The notes: generated from the letters alone by a model not told the origin. Positions 1 through 10,150 are shown, counted from the stretch's first letter. The stretch: DNA of 64,000 nucleotides from a virus (IMGVR_UViG_3300029957_000007:32001-96000), one strand, 5' to 3'. Program-made: numbers and translations.

Positions 1-7
1 TGGTCTT

Positions 8-874
8 GTGCGAGATAGAGGCGCTTTGGTCGTTGCACATGGCGTTCCAGTCATATTGAAGATGTACGATGCTGAATCAAACGAAGTGAAGGATGTGGTT
101 GTCAACCAGGTGGTTGAGGATCTCATCGTTACTTGGCAACCAGATAAAAAGCGAGATCTCCAAGTTTCAGTGAACAACATGGAGACGATGCTGACTGATC
201 TGATCAAGCTTGGTCTTCGCATTAGACATGTCACATATGATCAGTGGAACAGTGCTTCAGCTATTGAATCGCTTGCAAAGAGCGGTGTCAAGGCTTCTCA
301 ACACACGATCAACACTGATGATTACAAGCTACTTCGCAATCTTGTTTATGCTGGTGGTGTTAGATTACTCAACCATCCAGTACAACGCAAAGAGCTTGAG
401 CAGTTGCAGTTGAAGAATGGAAAGAAGGTTGATCACCCTCCAGAAGAGGACGGTGGTTCAAAGGATATCTCTGACTGTTTAGCTGGTGTAACTCGCTTGC
501 TGAATGACCCAGAGATCAGGCATGAGATCAGTAAGAAGATGCCAAGATCAACAATTGGTTCTTCTTTGATGGGATCTAAGCCAAGACCATTTGGACCAGA
601 AATGGTTCCAGAACTTGGTGGCTCACATCCTTTGGCTGGTCATCCAGGTGTTGGTGTCAACACACGCATCACACCAACAAGAGAGATCGAATGGGAAGGA
701 AAGAAAGTCGTCAGAGTCCTTGAAGATAGCTATGGACAAGGCATGAGGAAACGAATGCCTAGATCTTCAACTACTTCTGGGACTGGTTCTCTCACTGGTC
801 ACGGTGGTAATCTAGGAAACAGAGCTCCATCGCCAGTAGAACTTGCTCAACGAATTCGAAGCTTTGACTCTTAG
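8..874 (+). CDS. terL: Terminase large subunit, C-terminal RNase H-like nuclease domain (5' partial) with a low-complexity C-terminal tail
   Basis: Motifs VTYDQWNS and KVDHP..GSKDISDCLAGV are typical of TerL nuclease domains; upstream of the portal gene; frame is open to the window edge. Confidence 0.85.
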   Translation: MRDRGALVVAHGVPVILKMYDAESNEVKDVVVNQVVEDLIVTWQPDKKRDLQVSVNNMETMLTDLIKLGLRIRHVTYDQWNSASAIESLAKSGVKASQHTINTDDYKLLRNLVYAGGVRLLNHPVQRKELEQLQLKNGKKVDHPPEEDGGSKDISDCLAGVTRLLNDPEIRHEISKKMPRSTIGSSLMGSKPRPFGPEMVPELGGSHPLAGHPGVGVNTRITPTREIEWEGKKVVRVLEDSYGQGMRKRMPRSSTTSGTGSLTGHGGNLGNRAPSPVELAQRIRSFDS

Positions 875-883
875 GAGAAGCCA

Positions 884-1162
884 ATGCCATTGGACACTGA
901 ACCGGTATTGCAAAGTGAGAACATCACCAAAGATGAAGATCTGAACATGCACATCATCACACGGCCAACGGATCCAGAGAAGCTTGACAGTCAGCAAGCC
1001 TTGAACAATAAGGCCGCTCAATTGTCAGTTCTCGGTTTTCATACATCGTGGATCTATGATCCTGGTTTCTCTTCTGGGGTGAAAGGCTTAGTTGCCGAAA
1101 AGGTGATGGGTCCAGATCTCATGAAGCGATTGACCTTCTCTACAGAAAACAAAAAGGGGTAA
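884..1162 (+). CDS. Hypothetical protein
   Basis: 92-aa ORF with RBS (aggag), tightly packed. Confidence 0.6.
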   Translation: MPLDTEPVLQSENITKDEDLNMHIITRPTDPEKLDSQQALNNKAAQLSVLGFHTSWIYDPGFSSGVKGLVAEKVMGPDLMKRLTFSTENKKG

Positions 1163-1165
1163 TCG

Positions 1166-1492
1166 ATGGCTGCTGCAAAGAAGATCTATGGTGCTGATGA
1201 TCGTCTTTTGTGTGTTGTGTGCAATGAAAACAACGCAACATCAGAGGACATTCCATACTGCATTCTCTGCAGCAGCAAATGCGATGGCTTGCTTTTTGCT
1301 CAAAACAAAGTCAGCAACATCGAAAATGGTGTTGCTGACTTGATTATGGGCTTCCAACAGAGAGGCTTGAACGAAATTGCTTTAGATTTCCAAAGAGCTT
1401 TAGAGTCCCTCGACATAGCAAAAAAGAAACTCGACAAGAATCCTTTACTTCGCCTCGAACAATTGAAGCGAGGAATGACTACGGAGCTTTGA
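1166..1492 (+). CDS. Hypothetical protein with N-terminal CxxC...CxxC zinc finger and coiled coil
   Basis: CVVC..CILC motif; packed operon. Confidence 0.65.
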   Translation: MAAAKKIYGADDRLLCVVCNENNATSEDIPYCILCSSKCDGLLFAQNKVSNIENGVADLIMGFQQRGLNEIALDFQRALESLDIAKKKLDKNPLLRLEQLKRGMTTEL

Positions 1493-1493
1493 C

Positions 1494-2033
1494 ATGATCT
1501 TCGCACAACGTAAGGGAGCTGACTATAAAGCTGAAGAGATCTTTCGTAAGATCAGGCTTGAAGAGAATATTGGAGCTCGAGACAAGAACGTTCGAAAGAG
1601 TGGCTTGATCTACAATGAAGATCCTTGGGGTAAGAAGAAGATCGTTACTCCAGACGACATTCGCAAACAAAAGATGAATCTGAATGGTCACCTCCTTAAA
1701 GATGGAGATTTCAGGCTTCGTTGTTCTGAATACCTAGCTGAAGTGTACGAGGAGTTTCTTCGCATGTATCAGTTAGCTTCTGAAATGGCGAAGTCAGGGA
1801 AGGTGATGAGAACAGCAACTGGTCGAGCTGTTACTGGCATCTCCTTCAACGATTGGATCTTTGAGAATAAGCTCACTTTGATGAGCAGAAAGAAAGAATT
1901 GAAGCGAGCATTTCAACACGGGAAGATCAGCAAAGAGATGTATGACTTCCATGAAGAGATCCGTAGAAAGAGCATTGAATACTGCGATAAATACATTTCT
2001 GCTGGCAAAGCCACGCAGATAACGATGGTTTGA
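1494..2033 (+). CDS. Hypothetical basic protein
   Basis: 179-aa ORF, contiguous with neighbours. Confidence 0.65.
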   Translation: MIFAQRKGADYKAEEIFRKIRLEENIGARDKNVRKSGLIYNEDPWGKKKIVTPDDIRKQKMNLNGHLLKDGDFRLRCSEYLAEVYEEFLRMYQLASEMAKSGKVMRTATGRAVTGISFNDWIFENKLTLMSRKKELKRAFQHGKISKEMYDFHEEIRRKSIEYCDKYISAGKATQITMV

Positions 2034-2043
2034 GGAGAACATC

Positions 2044-2799
2044 ATGGCATCCGCGATTCCGAGAGATAGGCTTCGTAAAGAAGCGATGAATTTCATCCCG
2101 GCAACAAGCGTTGGTAAGATCAATCGCTATGCTGGTGGTGGACATGGTGGTGGAGCCAATGTTCATGCGGAAGAGATTCCGATGATGGATGCTGCACAAT
2201 TAGCGAGGATGGAAGAAGATCAGATCCTCGAAGGCATCGAGGAATTCGCGGATGGTGATCCAAGGCATGGCTCTACGCACTTCAAAGCTTATTTCCAGAA
2301 GAGCGCTAGAGAGAATCAGATGCCTACTGACATGATGGAAGCTCTTGCTGAGGAGCAAGAACCTACACTCACACAGCAAGATCGTGGTGAAGATCAAGAG
2401 AGAGATGGATATGGTGATCTCGACACGACTCAGCAAGGTGAGAGCCCAGCGTCAGGTCATCGACCAGTTGCTGCTGGAAAGCTGAACTTCAAACAGCGAG
2501 TGTACATCGCTTCACTTGATGTCCTTGGTTCTGTGTACGAGGACAATGGGAACACTGTGACTGTGAAGACAGTTCACGGCAAGTGGATCGATGTAAGCAA
2601 GAAAGATGTTGAAGTGATCAATGCTGGTATCAACGATGGTGGAACTGGCACACCCACATTATCTCCTCGTAAAGTCAATCAAGAGGATGGCGATGGGGAA
2701 GTGCGAGATGAAGACAATGGTCAAGATTCAATGTCGGCTTTCAGTGAGCGACGCGTAGAAAGCGGGACCTATGCGGACAGGCGAAGAGCACGCCGCTAA
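2044..2799 (+). CDS. Acidic putative head/internal protein with an SH3-like module
   Basis: Acidic and disordered, with a beta-rich segment LNFKQRVYIASLDVLGSVYEDNGNTVTVKT; RBS gagga. Confidence 0.55.
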   Translation: MASAIPRDRLRKEAMNFIPATSVGKINRYAGGGHGGGANVHAEEIPMMDAAQLARMEEDQILEGIEEFADGDPRHGSTHFKAYFQKSARENQMPTDMMEALAEEQEPTLTQQDRGEDQERDGYGDLDTTQQGESPASGHRPVAAGKLNFKQRVYIASLDVLGSVYEDNGNTVTVKTVHGKWIDVSKKDVEVINAGINDGGTGTPTLSPRKVNQEDGDGEVRDEDNGQDSMSAFSERRVESGTYADRRRARR

Positions 2800-3661
2800 A
2801 CGTCGCCTAGCGTACATTGAGAATGAGTCATTAGCTCCAGACAATGATGATAGCTTTCTCTTTGAGCGCGATGTCGACAAAGTCGGACCAGAGAACATCG
2901 AGTTCGAAACACAATCGCAAGTTCCAGGCATCGACCAAGCACCCATCGAGAGAAAAGACAATCCCTTCAGGGAGCCTATTATGGGCAGTGAGAGAAACGC
3001 GTCAGAAGATGACGGTAGCTACAATGTCGGGGAGAAGCTCCTTGATGAAAAGACAGGTGAGATTTGGACTGTCAAAGAAGTGAATGGTGAGGATGAATGG
3101 CTTGATGCGACCTGTGGTGAGACAAAAGGTCAACCAAGAACACAGACATTCACCTTTGATCAGGCAGACAACATGCAGAGAACAGCATCAACAAGAGAAG
3201 CAAAGAAGGATTCGCTGGATCTTCTGAACGTGAAGAACAGAAAGGTGAAGCAACCTTTCGACACAGAAGAGAATCGTACCATGGTGGATCGCTCACCTGG
3301 TGATTCTCTTTTTGGCGATGATAAACAGACGCAAGGTCGCCACATCACGAACATGAAAGGTCCCGGTGGTCTCAAAACAGGAATGGTGAAGAAAGCTGAA
3401 TTGAACATTGGTGATGATGTACTCGTTGGTTCATCGACCTATAAGGTCGCTGAGATCAAGAGCAATGGCATCATCGCTCGTCATGCTTTCACTTCATCTG
3501 ATCATTTCTTCGACGCTCCTCAATTCAACAGAATTGCGGTGGCAGCTTTTGTACCGGGCGATGGCACGGTGCAAGAAGCCGAAGCACCGAAGTTGTTCTT
3601 TGAAGGCAGTGCTGAAGCTGGTCTATTTCCAATCGGTGGTGACGACACCATCCCAGAATGA
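2771..3661 (+). CDS. Acidic putative head/internal protein with two SH3/KOW-like modules
   Basis: YNVGEKLLD and LNIGDDVLV modules; linker motifs KRRLA, QRTAS, KKAE. Confidence 0.55.
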   Translation: MRTGEEHAAKRRLAYIENESLAPDNDDSFLFERDVDKVGPENIEFETQSQVPGIDQAPIERKDNPFREPIMGSERNASEDDGSYNVGEKLLDEKTGEIWTVKEVNGEDEWLDATCGETKGQPRTQTFTFDQADNMQRTASTREAKKDSLDLLNVKNRKVKQPFDTEENRTMVDRSPGDSLFGDDKQTQGRHITNMKGPGGLKTGMVKKAELNIGDDVLVGSSTYKVAEIKSNGIIARHAFTSSDHFFDAPQFNRIAVAAFVPGDGTVQEAEAPKLFFEGSAEAGLFPIGGDDTIPE

Positions 3662-3670
3662 GGTGTCGTC

Positions 3671-4183
3671 ATGTCGAAAGAAGAAGATCTGATCGCTGAA
3701 GCATTTTCTGGAGACATGGAATTCGTAGGACACAGCGAACCAAGACTTGTGCAATCTGAAAACGAAAAGCGAGTACGACTGATGACGGGGAAGAGCGAGC
3801 TAATTGATCTGGCCGCTCAGATGATTCAGACAAAAATGGCATCTCTTGCTGATGTCGTTTATGTCTATCAATATGTTCTGACGAGGATCTCGTCAAAGCA
3901 TGTTGCAGACAACGGAGCTATCCTTGACGGTGCTGTAGACTTCAGTATGACGCTTGGATCTTTCCGTTCACGGAGAAAGATGAGCATTTCGGTTTCTTTC
4001 CCTGTGATAGACGGTAAGCTAAGAGATACGAACCAGTTTTCGACATCAACTGGCGCCGCCCATCTCTTGACGAAAGAGGCAGTCAAGAAGTTTTTGGGCG
4101 TTAAAGAGTCAGACACTCAGATCATGAAAGCACGTGAAGGCTTCATGAGAACCATGCAGTGGTCTGCTAACTTTAACAACTGA
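3671..4183 (+). CDS. Hypothetical protein (head cluster)
   Basis: 170-aa ORF with RBS gaggtg. Confidence 0.65.
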   Translation: MSKEEDLIAEAFSGDMEFVGHSEPRLVQSENEKRVRLMTGKSELIDLAAQMIQTKMASLADVVYVYQYVLTRISSKHVADNGAILDGAVDFSMTLGSFRSRRKMSISVSFPVIDGKLRDTNQFSTSTGAAHLLTKEAVKKFLGVKESDTQIMKAREGFMRTMQWSANFNN

Positions 4184-4212
4184 GCCTCTCATCCTCGTAC
4201 TTTGGTGAGATC

Positions 4213-5073
4213 ATGTCGTATCCTCCGTACAGCGGCACTACCAGCAAGCAGTTCAATGATGCGCCAATCAAGGCTTCCAACAACGGTGCCAACCAGTTGG
4301 CTTACCAGAAGTCGTTGATCTACTCAACGCCTGGTCTCGTCACCAATGTGACTGGCGTTGTGTTGAATTTCACTGGTCTGACGCTTGCTCAGATTCCACA
4401 ACCAGGTGCAAACGCTCTGGTGTACACCGCTTCAGGCACATTGCTGTCATGGAATGGTGGAGCTGGTGTGAACGTCGGTGCTGGTGGCACATTCGTGTTG
4501 ACCGGCCAAGATGGTCGTGTGATCAATGCCGTGGTCACAGCTGGTTCGCTGCCATCAGGCAACCAGACTGATTCGATCGTGGTGAGCAGCCCGATCAACA
4601 TCGACGACAAGCGTGTGGTTTACGCTGAGGCTGGTTTCAACCGCATCATGCAGTCAGCGCCTTGGGTGGATGTGAACAACACCCATGCTGGAACCTTCGA
4701 TACGGTGATGTCGAATGTCAACACCAACAAGATCACAAAGCAGCCTTCGAACATCACTGGCGTCGTGTTGAGCAATGATGGCATCGCTCTTGGCAGTCAG
4801 CTGGTTGTGGGTTCACACAGCCTCGCTTACACTGCTTCTGGAACGCTGCTCGCTGTTGATGGTGGCACTGGCGTGAATGTTGGCGCTGGTGGCACCTTCA
4901 CTCTCACGGCTCCGAATGGTTCCACTGTCAAGGCGATCGTCACTGCCGCCAACCTTCCAGTTGGCAATCAGTCAGACAGCGCTTTGACTGTCACTGCCTT
5001 CCCAACTCAAGCCCTGGTCAAGACAGACACGAGCTTGCGCAACAGCTTGGCCGCTGTTTACAACGCCCTTTAA
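4213..5073 (+). CDS. Putative virion structural/decoration protein with two tandem beta-rich domains
   Basis: Internal duplication YTASGTLL..GG.GVNVGAGGTF.LT; Gly/Thr/Val-rich; biased codon usage. Confidence 0.6.
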   Translation: MSYPPYSGTTSKQFNDAPIKASNNGANQLAYQKSLIYSTPGLVTNVTGVVLNFTGLTLAQIPQPGANALVYTASGTLLSWNGGAGVNVGAGGTFVLTGQDGRVINAVVTAGSLPSGNQTDSIVVSSPINIDDKRVVYAEAGFNRIMQSAPWVDVNNTHAGTFDTVMSNVNTNKITKQPSNITGVVLSNDGIALGSQLVVGSHSLAYTASGTLLAVDGGTGVNVGAGGTFTLTAPNGSTVKAIVTAANLPVGNQSDSALTVTAFPTQALVKTDTSLRNSLAAVYNAL

Positions 5074-5082
5074 GGATCACAC

Positions 5083-6282
5083 ATGCCAAGGATCGAACAA
5101 CCACGCTCACCGATCACTGGTGAGATCCTTACAGCTGATTCGCTCGAGATCGCTGCTCAAGAACACGGCATCGATCTCGCGTCTACATCAGTTGGGCGGA
5201 TGTTTGACATGGGTGTTGAGAAGCTTGCCGCCAAAAAGCGGCAAGCTTCTCTCACTCGTAAGCCGAAGCGCATTGCTGCCATCAAGAAACAAGCAGCTGA
5301 AGGTGATCCTATTCAGATCGAGTTCGAAGGCAAGATCTACACGGCGACTCCTGAACATGAAGGTGGTTACTACATCTTCAATGATGGATCTGGCCGTGAT
5401 GGTCTGTGCTTTGCTTATGACGACATCAGTCACGGAGTCGTTCAGATCTACGATTCTGGTGACGAAGTCGATCTGGCGAAGGTTATCAAAGAAGGTGCGC
5501 TCAAGCAGAAGGCTGACAATGGCTGGACGAAGACATACAACGATCCTGAAGTCGGTGACAGAGTCACTTTCGATCTCCATGGTGAGATGAAGGAAGGTAT
5601 CTGCACAGAGCCTTGGGATGAGTCTTCTGACTATTGCCGTGTGAAGACGAGCGATGGACAAGAGGAGATCGTCAACGTCAGTCAAGTGAAAGACGTCTTC
5701 GTCAAGACTGCTGGTTTGATGAGCGGCAATTTCAGCGAAGATCATGAAGAGGAAAACAAAGAGAATGAAGAACCAAAGTACGATCGCTATGAAGATGAGA
5801 ATGGCAAAGGTGGGAAGCCTATCACCGCAGCACTTCCGAATGGAATGCGTTTCTACAATGAAAAGAAGCAGAGCTATATGACGTTGGATCATAGCGACTC
5901 TGACTCATATACTTTCGCCTTAGACAGCGGAAGTATGTTGACATATACAAAGGAACAGTTCTCTGATCGCTTAAGAGATGGTATTGTCACAAAAGCTTCA
6001 ATGAAGCGTAAGGATGGAGCTACAATCACAGCTGCTCGTAAGATCACGATCAAATACAAAGGCGAGGAGATCGAAGCAAAACAAGGCTCGAATTCTGACG
6101 AATGGAACTTCAGCTACAATGGTCAGAAGCTTGGTTTGATCTTGGGTGAGGACGAAAAGGCTGGTGGCGTTGTCGATGAACAAGGCAATGAAGCTGGAAC
6201 TGCTCGTTTGATCTCACCATCGAACACATCAGAAGCTGCAAAGAGAACAGCTTACGCTGCAAAGCGTAGAGCCAGAGCTTAA
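5083..6282 (+). CDS. Acidic multidomain putative head protein with KR-x-A linkers
   Basis: KRQAS, KRIAA and KRTAY motifs; PEVGDRVTF SH3-like module. Confidence 0.55.
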   Translation: MPRIEQPRSPITGEILTADSLEIAAQEHGIDLASTSVGRMFDMGVEKLAAKKRQASLTRKPKRIAAIKKQAAEGDPIQIEFEGKIYTATPEHEGGYYIFNDGSGRDGLCFAYDDISHGVVQIYDSGDEVDLAKVIKEGALKQKADNGWTKTYNDPEVGDRVTFDLHGEMKEGICTEPWDESSDYCRVKTSDGQEEIVNVSQVKDVFVKTAGLMSGNFSEDHEEENKENEEPKYDRYEDENGKGGKPITAALPNGMRFYNEKKQSYMTLDHSDSDSYTFALDSGSMLTYTKEQFSDRLRDGIVTKASMKRKDGATITAARKITIKYKGEEIEAKQGSNSDEWNFSYNGQKLGLILGEDEKAGGVVDEQGNEAGTARLISPSNTSEAAKRTAYAAKRRARA

Positions 6283-6288
6283 AAGAAG

Positions 6289-6340
6289 CTGGTGGCTCAC
6301 AGCCTACCAGTGAGAAATCGCTGGTAGGATGATTGCCATC
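6289..6340 (+). promoter_or_regulatory. Long GAAA-capped RNA hairpin upstream of the portal gene
   Basis: cctaccagtga-gaaa-tcgctggtagg plus outer stem tggtggc/gccatca; no U-tract. Confidence 0.5.
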
Positions 6341-6356
6341 AACCATGGAGTAATCA

Positions 6357-8057
6357 ATGCCTCGCATCCCTTCAGATGATAAGCGAATTATCATGGCATC
6401 GAAAGGATTGGAAGGCGAGATGCGTCAAGCTCAGTCAGTGAGGCGAGTGCCAGGTTCAGCTGGTATTCATCACGGTCTTGGGAGACGCAAAGCTAATTTC
6501 GCCGACGTTACCCTTTCAGCGCCTGAAGTTCGCAACCCTCTCCTCAACATCGTCAACTTCTATCTTCCGCAGAATTACAAGGTCCTCAATCAATGGGTGC
6601 GTTACTACGACACCTTCAATGAGCTCATTGGTAACTGCGTTGATGCTCACGCTGAATACCCAATCTCTCAATTTCATTTCGATGGCATTGATGATGAGGT
6701 GATCTTAAGAGCGTATGACGAACTCGCTGAGGAGCTTGATCTTTTCAATGTGATCTTGGCTATGTCTCGTGAATATGAGCTCATCGGTGAGACGTTCCCA
6801 TTTGCTCATTGGGACAAGAACCTGAATCGTTGGGACAAGATCACGATCTTGAACCCGGATTATGTGGTCATCAATCAAGCCTATCTCGCTTACAAGAACG
6901 AGATTAAGGTTGAGCTAGAGCCAGATGAAGACACTAAACGTTTGGTGCACTCAACCGATCCACGAGATCTTGAGCTTAGAAGTGGTTTGGATCCAATGAT
7001 CATTCGTGCTGTGGAGGAAGGGACTAACATCCCAATAGATTCCTTCTCAGTAGCTCAGATCGCAAGAAAGTCTTCACCATACGAACCAAGAGGCAAGACG
7101 CCAATCTTGAGAGCGTTGAAGACATTGCTCTATGATGACAAACTGATCGAGCTGCAGCAATCAATCGCTGACAACATGATCACACCTCGTCAGATCTGGA
7201 AACTTGGCGATCCACAGAACGACTACATGCCAGGCGACGAGGAGATCGAGGACTTCAGAGCACTGTTGGATCGACTGCATGGTGATCCAAATGCTCAGAT
7301 CGTTACGCACTACGGTACTCAGTTAGAGCTGATCGGTTATAATGGTAAGATCCAACCGATCATTCAAGAGCGCCAGTACAATGAAGAGCGCATCTTGATG
7401 GCGATGTACACTAACAAGTCGGTACTGAAGGGCGAAGGCCCAGGTTTCTCGTCAGGTCCTCAGGTTGCTTTCCAATACCTGCAAGGACGCTATATGTCGA
7501 AGCGCCACAAGATCGTGGCTTACCTTCGAGACAAGATCTTCATTCCATTCGCTATTGCAAATGGCTTCTGGAAGAAGACTGATAAGGGTCGCGAGCTCAT
7601 TCTGCCTGAATTTGTTTGGGATCAGAAACTCGATCTTGTGGAAGACACAGCGAAGAAGCAGTATGTTATGCAGCTTCGTGATCGTCTACAAGTTTCGGCT
7701 CGCACTCTGTACGAAACGCTTGGGATGGATGCCAAGCAGGAGATCAAACGTCTCGGGGAGGAACGTGGCACTCCGATCGATCCTGTCGAGATTGAAAAGT
7801 ACAAGAAGCAAGGTGCGATGGACAGCGCTACTCAACTTGAGAAGAAACTTCCCGGCGTTGACAAGGATCCATCGGTTCAACAAGAGATCGTGAAACAAAC
7901 GCTAACACCAAGCAAAGAGCCAAGTGGTAGCGCTCCAAAAGCTCCTTCTGATGAGAGCAAGATCAAGGCGCCAAACACGCCAGGTCAGAAAGAAGGAGCT
8001 AAAGCAAATTTTCTGAAGGTGAGTCGGGCTTCGCTTTTCGCTTCGGAAGAAGTCTAA
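6357..8057 (+). CDS. Portal protein
   Basis: 566 aa; NQWVRYY..FNELIGNCVDAHAEYP, KITILNPDYV and PRQIWKLG motifs; lies between TerL and MuF. Confidence 0.85.
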   Translation: MPRIPSDDKRIIMASKGLEGEMRQAQSVRRVPGSAGIHHGLGRRKANFADVTLSAPEVRNPLLNIVNFYLPQNYKVLNQWVRYYDTFNELIGNCVDAHAEYPISQFHFDGIDDEVILRAYDELAEELDLFNVILAMSREYELIGETFPFAHWDKNLNRWDKITILNPDYVVINQAYLAYKNEIKVELEPDEDTKRLVHSTDPRDLELRSGLDPMIIRAVEEGTNIPIDSFSVAQIARKSSPYEPRGKTPILRALKTLLYDDKLIELQQSIADNMITPRQIWKLGDPQNDYMPGDEEIEDFRALLDRLHGDPNAQIVTHYGTQLELIGYNGKIQPIIQERQYNEERILMAMYTNKSVLKGEGPGFSSGPQVAFQYLQGRYMSKRHKIVAYLRDKIFIPFAIANGFWKKTDKGRELILPEFVWDQKLDLVEDTAKKQYVMQLRDRLQVSARTLYETLGMDAKQEIKRLGEERGTPIDPVEIEKYKKQGAMDSATQLEKKLPGVDKDPSVQQEIVKQTLTPSKEPSGSAPKAPSDESKIKAPNTPGQKEGAKANFLKVSRASLFASEEV

Positions 8058-8110
8058 CAGTCGACAGCCACGGTGAAGCGATTTATCGCTCAGCAGCGTG
8101 GTATGATCGA

Positions 8111-9478
8111 TTGAAGCAGACTAAGATCGATGAGAAAAGCAAGGGTCTGATTCAAGACCTTGAGGAAGCCTTACTCACCAAACTCGAGAAGAATGGTAAT
8201 CCATTCGTCAAAGGGCTCGTTGATCAAGATACGATCACAGTCAATGATTTGACGAATGGAGTTCTTCAATCGTGTGAGGATAACTCAGTTGGCGTGAAGG
8301 AAGTGCTAGATGACTACCTTCAAAAGATCCGACTGAGAGCTAAAGAGCACGCTTTGAAGATGATTGGCAAGCCTAAAATCGCTGGTATTGTTCGTACTGC
8401 TGCCAGCAGTTTTGAGGACTCAGTCAATCAAGCTTTCGAAGCAATTGATGGTATCCCTGCAGAGATCGTTGAGAAGATCAAGGCCGAATGGCTTGAGTCA
8501 GGCGGCGAGAACAACATGATCCCTCAATTGATCAAGAAAGAATTGTCAGAGTTCAAAGATGAAGGCTTCAGCAAGAAGGAACTGCGTGAAGCGCTCTATG
8601 AACTCTGGGAAAAGCAGAAAACCGTCTACAAACGAATTGTGCGAACGACAACGATCAACGCATATGCTAAGTCACAGCTCGAAGAATGGGATGCACAAGG
8701 CATTGCTGAAGTGGAACGGCATTGTATTGATGATCACAGAACTTGTCAGATCTGTAGGATGCTGTGTGCACCTGGCCGTAATCGGTATACCATCAAAGAG
8801 TTGCTTGGCTTTGATGATCCGATTACTTATGCCTCACATCCTCAATGCAGAGACTTCTACACTCCAGTTGTTGATTGGCAATCACTCGACGAGTACTTCA
8901 CTGAGCCATTGGTTGATGTAGACGTCGACGATGCTGAGATCTCGAATCTTCCAACTTCACTGCAAGAGCAAGTTGAAGAGCTAAGCAAACGTGTTGATCT
9001 TGAAGGTGTGATTGAATTCGTGCCTGACATTGTCGACACAGTTGAATGGCAGGAAGATAGATTCAATGAGCATCGTGATGCTGGGTATGGACAACGTGAA
9101 GCATTGCAAATGGTTGAGATGGAGAAGGAAGATCTTCGCGGGACACTCATCACATATGAGAATCCTGAGAAGATGCTGATCTCTGGACAAGCCGTTGATG
9201 CTTCATCGTTTGCCTACAGCATGGTGGTCTCACAAGCTTCACAAGCTTGGAGAGATGCAGACAAAGGTGAGTGGCGCACTATGTACGAAGAACATCTCGC
9301 ACATGATCTTCCATTCATCACGTTCGATGCTGAACAGAACGCTGAAGCGTACTTTGTAGAATGCTTCATTGCATTCGTCACCAACCCATATAGGTTGCTA
9401 ACCATAGACGAAGAAGCCTACACAACCATGACGGAAGTGACTGGCAAGGACTTCTTCGAGTTAGGAGCTGTACGGTAA
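8111..9478 (+). CDS. Head morphogenesis protein (MuF/SPP1 gp7-like) with a C-terminal zincin-like extension
   Basis: RIVRTTTINAY, D.RTCQIC and HPQCR MuF motifs; directly after portal; TTG start. Confidence 0.75.
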   Translation: MKQTKIDEKSKGLIQDLEEALLTKLEKNGNPFVKGLVDQDTITVNDLTNGVLQSCEDNSVGVKEVLDDYLQKIRLRAKEHALKMIGKPKIAGIVRTAASSFEDSVNQAFEAIDGIPAEIVEKIKAEWLESGGENNMIPQLIKKELSEFKDEGFSKKELREALYELWEKQKTVYKRIVRTTTINAYAKSQLEEWDAQGIAEVERHCIDDHRTCQICRMLCAPGRNRYTIKELLGFDDPITYASHPQCRDFYTPVVDWQSLDEYFTEPLVDVDVDDAEISNLPTSLQEQVEELSKRVDLEGVIEFVPDIVDTVEWQEDRFNEHRDAGYGQREALQMVEMEKEDLRGTLITYENPEKMLISGQAVDASSFAYSMVVSQASQAWRDADKGEWRTMYEEHLAHDLPFITFDAEQNAEAYFVECFIAFVTNPYRLLTIDEEAYTTMTEVTGKDFFELGAVR

Positions 9479-9771
9479 TGGACATCGACTCAGAGGCAAG
9501 GGCCTTTGCTGCCAGGAAGGATCGCCGAAAGGTATTCCTTCCTGGCAGAAGGCAAGACATCGATCTCGAAACTGTGAGAGAAACACTCATCAAGCTTCGA
9601 GAAGTAAAGGATGGGATGTGGAAAGAGAAAGTGATCACATCCGATCCGAAACATGCTGCAATGATCGTTGAGGCTATTAACGAGGTAAACCTCAAGATCG
9701 CTGACTATGAAAACCAACTCAAGGTGCTCAATGCTAGACCTCGAACAGGTGAACGACAAACTGGTCGCTAA
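9478..9771 (+). CDS. Hypothetical protein
   Basis: 97-aa coiled-coil ORF whose start overlaps the previous stop. Confidence 0.6.
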   Translation: MDIDSEARAFAARKDRRKVFLPGRRQDIDLETVRETLIKLREVKDGMWKEKVITSDPKHAAMIVEAINEVNLKIADYENQLKVLNARPRTGERQTGR

Positions 9772-10150
9772 GGTGGCCAATCATCGTGCGCTCATTCTTC
9801 GTCTCAGTAAGATGAAGAATGAAGATGTGTACGACAAACGATCTCGCTGCAGACTTTGCGGTAAGACAGTGAAGTCACGCAAGCTAGAAGATCATGCACA
9901 TCCATGCCTTTACGTACTTGCTCATCACGTTCCGAAGACCAATCGGGACCTCAAAGCAATGACCTGGCGTAAGATACACGTCAGGCTGAGCAGATTGAAG
10001 CCTGAACCGTCCTGGGTGGAAAGAATAGTGCTCCAGGGACTGGTTTGGATGGACAAAATTGATCATTACCGCACAGTTGATGCGATGGTCAAATGGTTAG
10101 AGCTTCATGGCTTCATCGTTTACGGAGTGCGAAAAAATGCGCGTTCCTAA
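9707..10150 (+). CDS. Hypothetical zinc-finger protein (start uncertain)
   Basis: CRLC...HAH motif. Confidence 0.5.
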   Translation: MKTNSRCSMLDLEQVNDKLVAKVANHRALILRLSKMKNEDVYDKRSRCRLCGKTVKSRKLEDHAHPCLYVLAHHVPKTNRDLKAMTWRKIHVRLSRLKPEPSWVERIVLQGLVWMDKIDHYRTVDAMVKWLELHGFIVYGVRKNARS

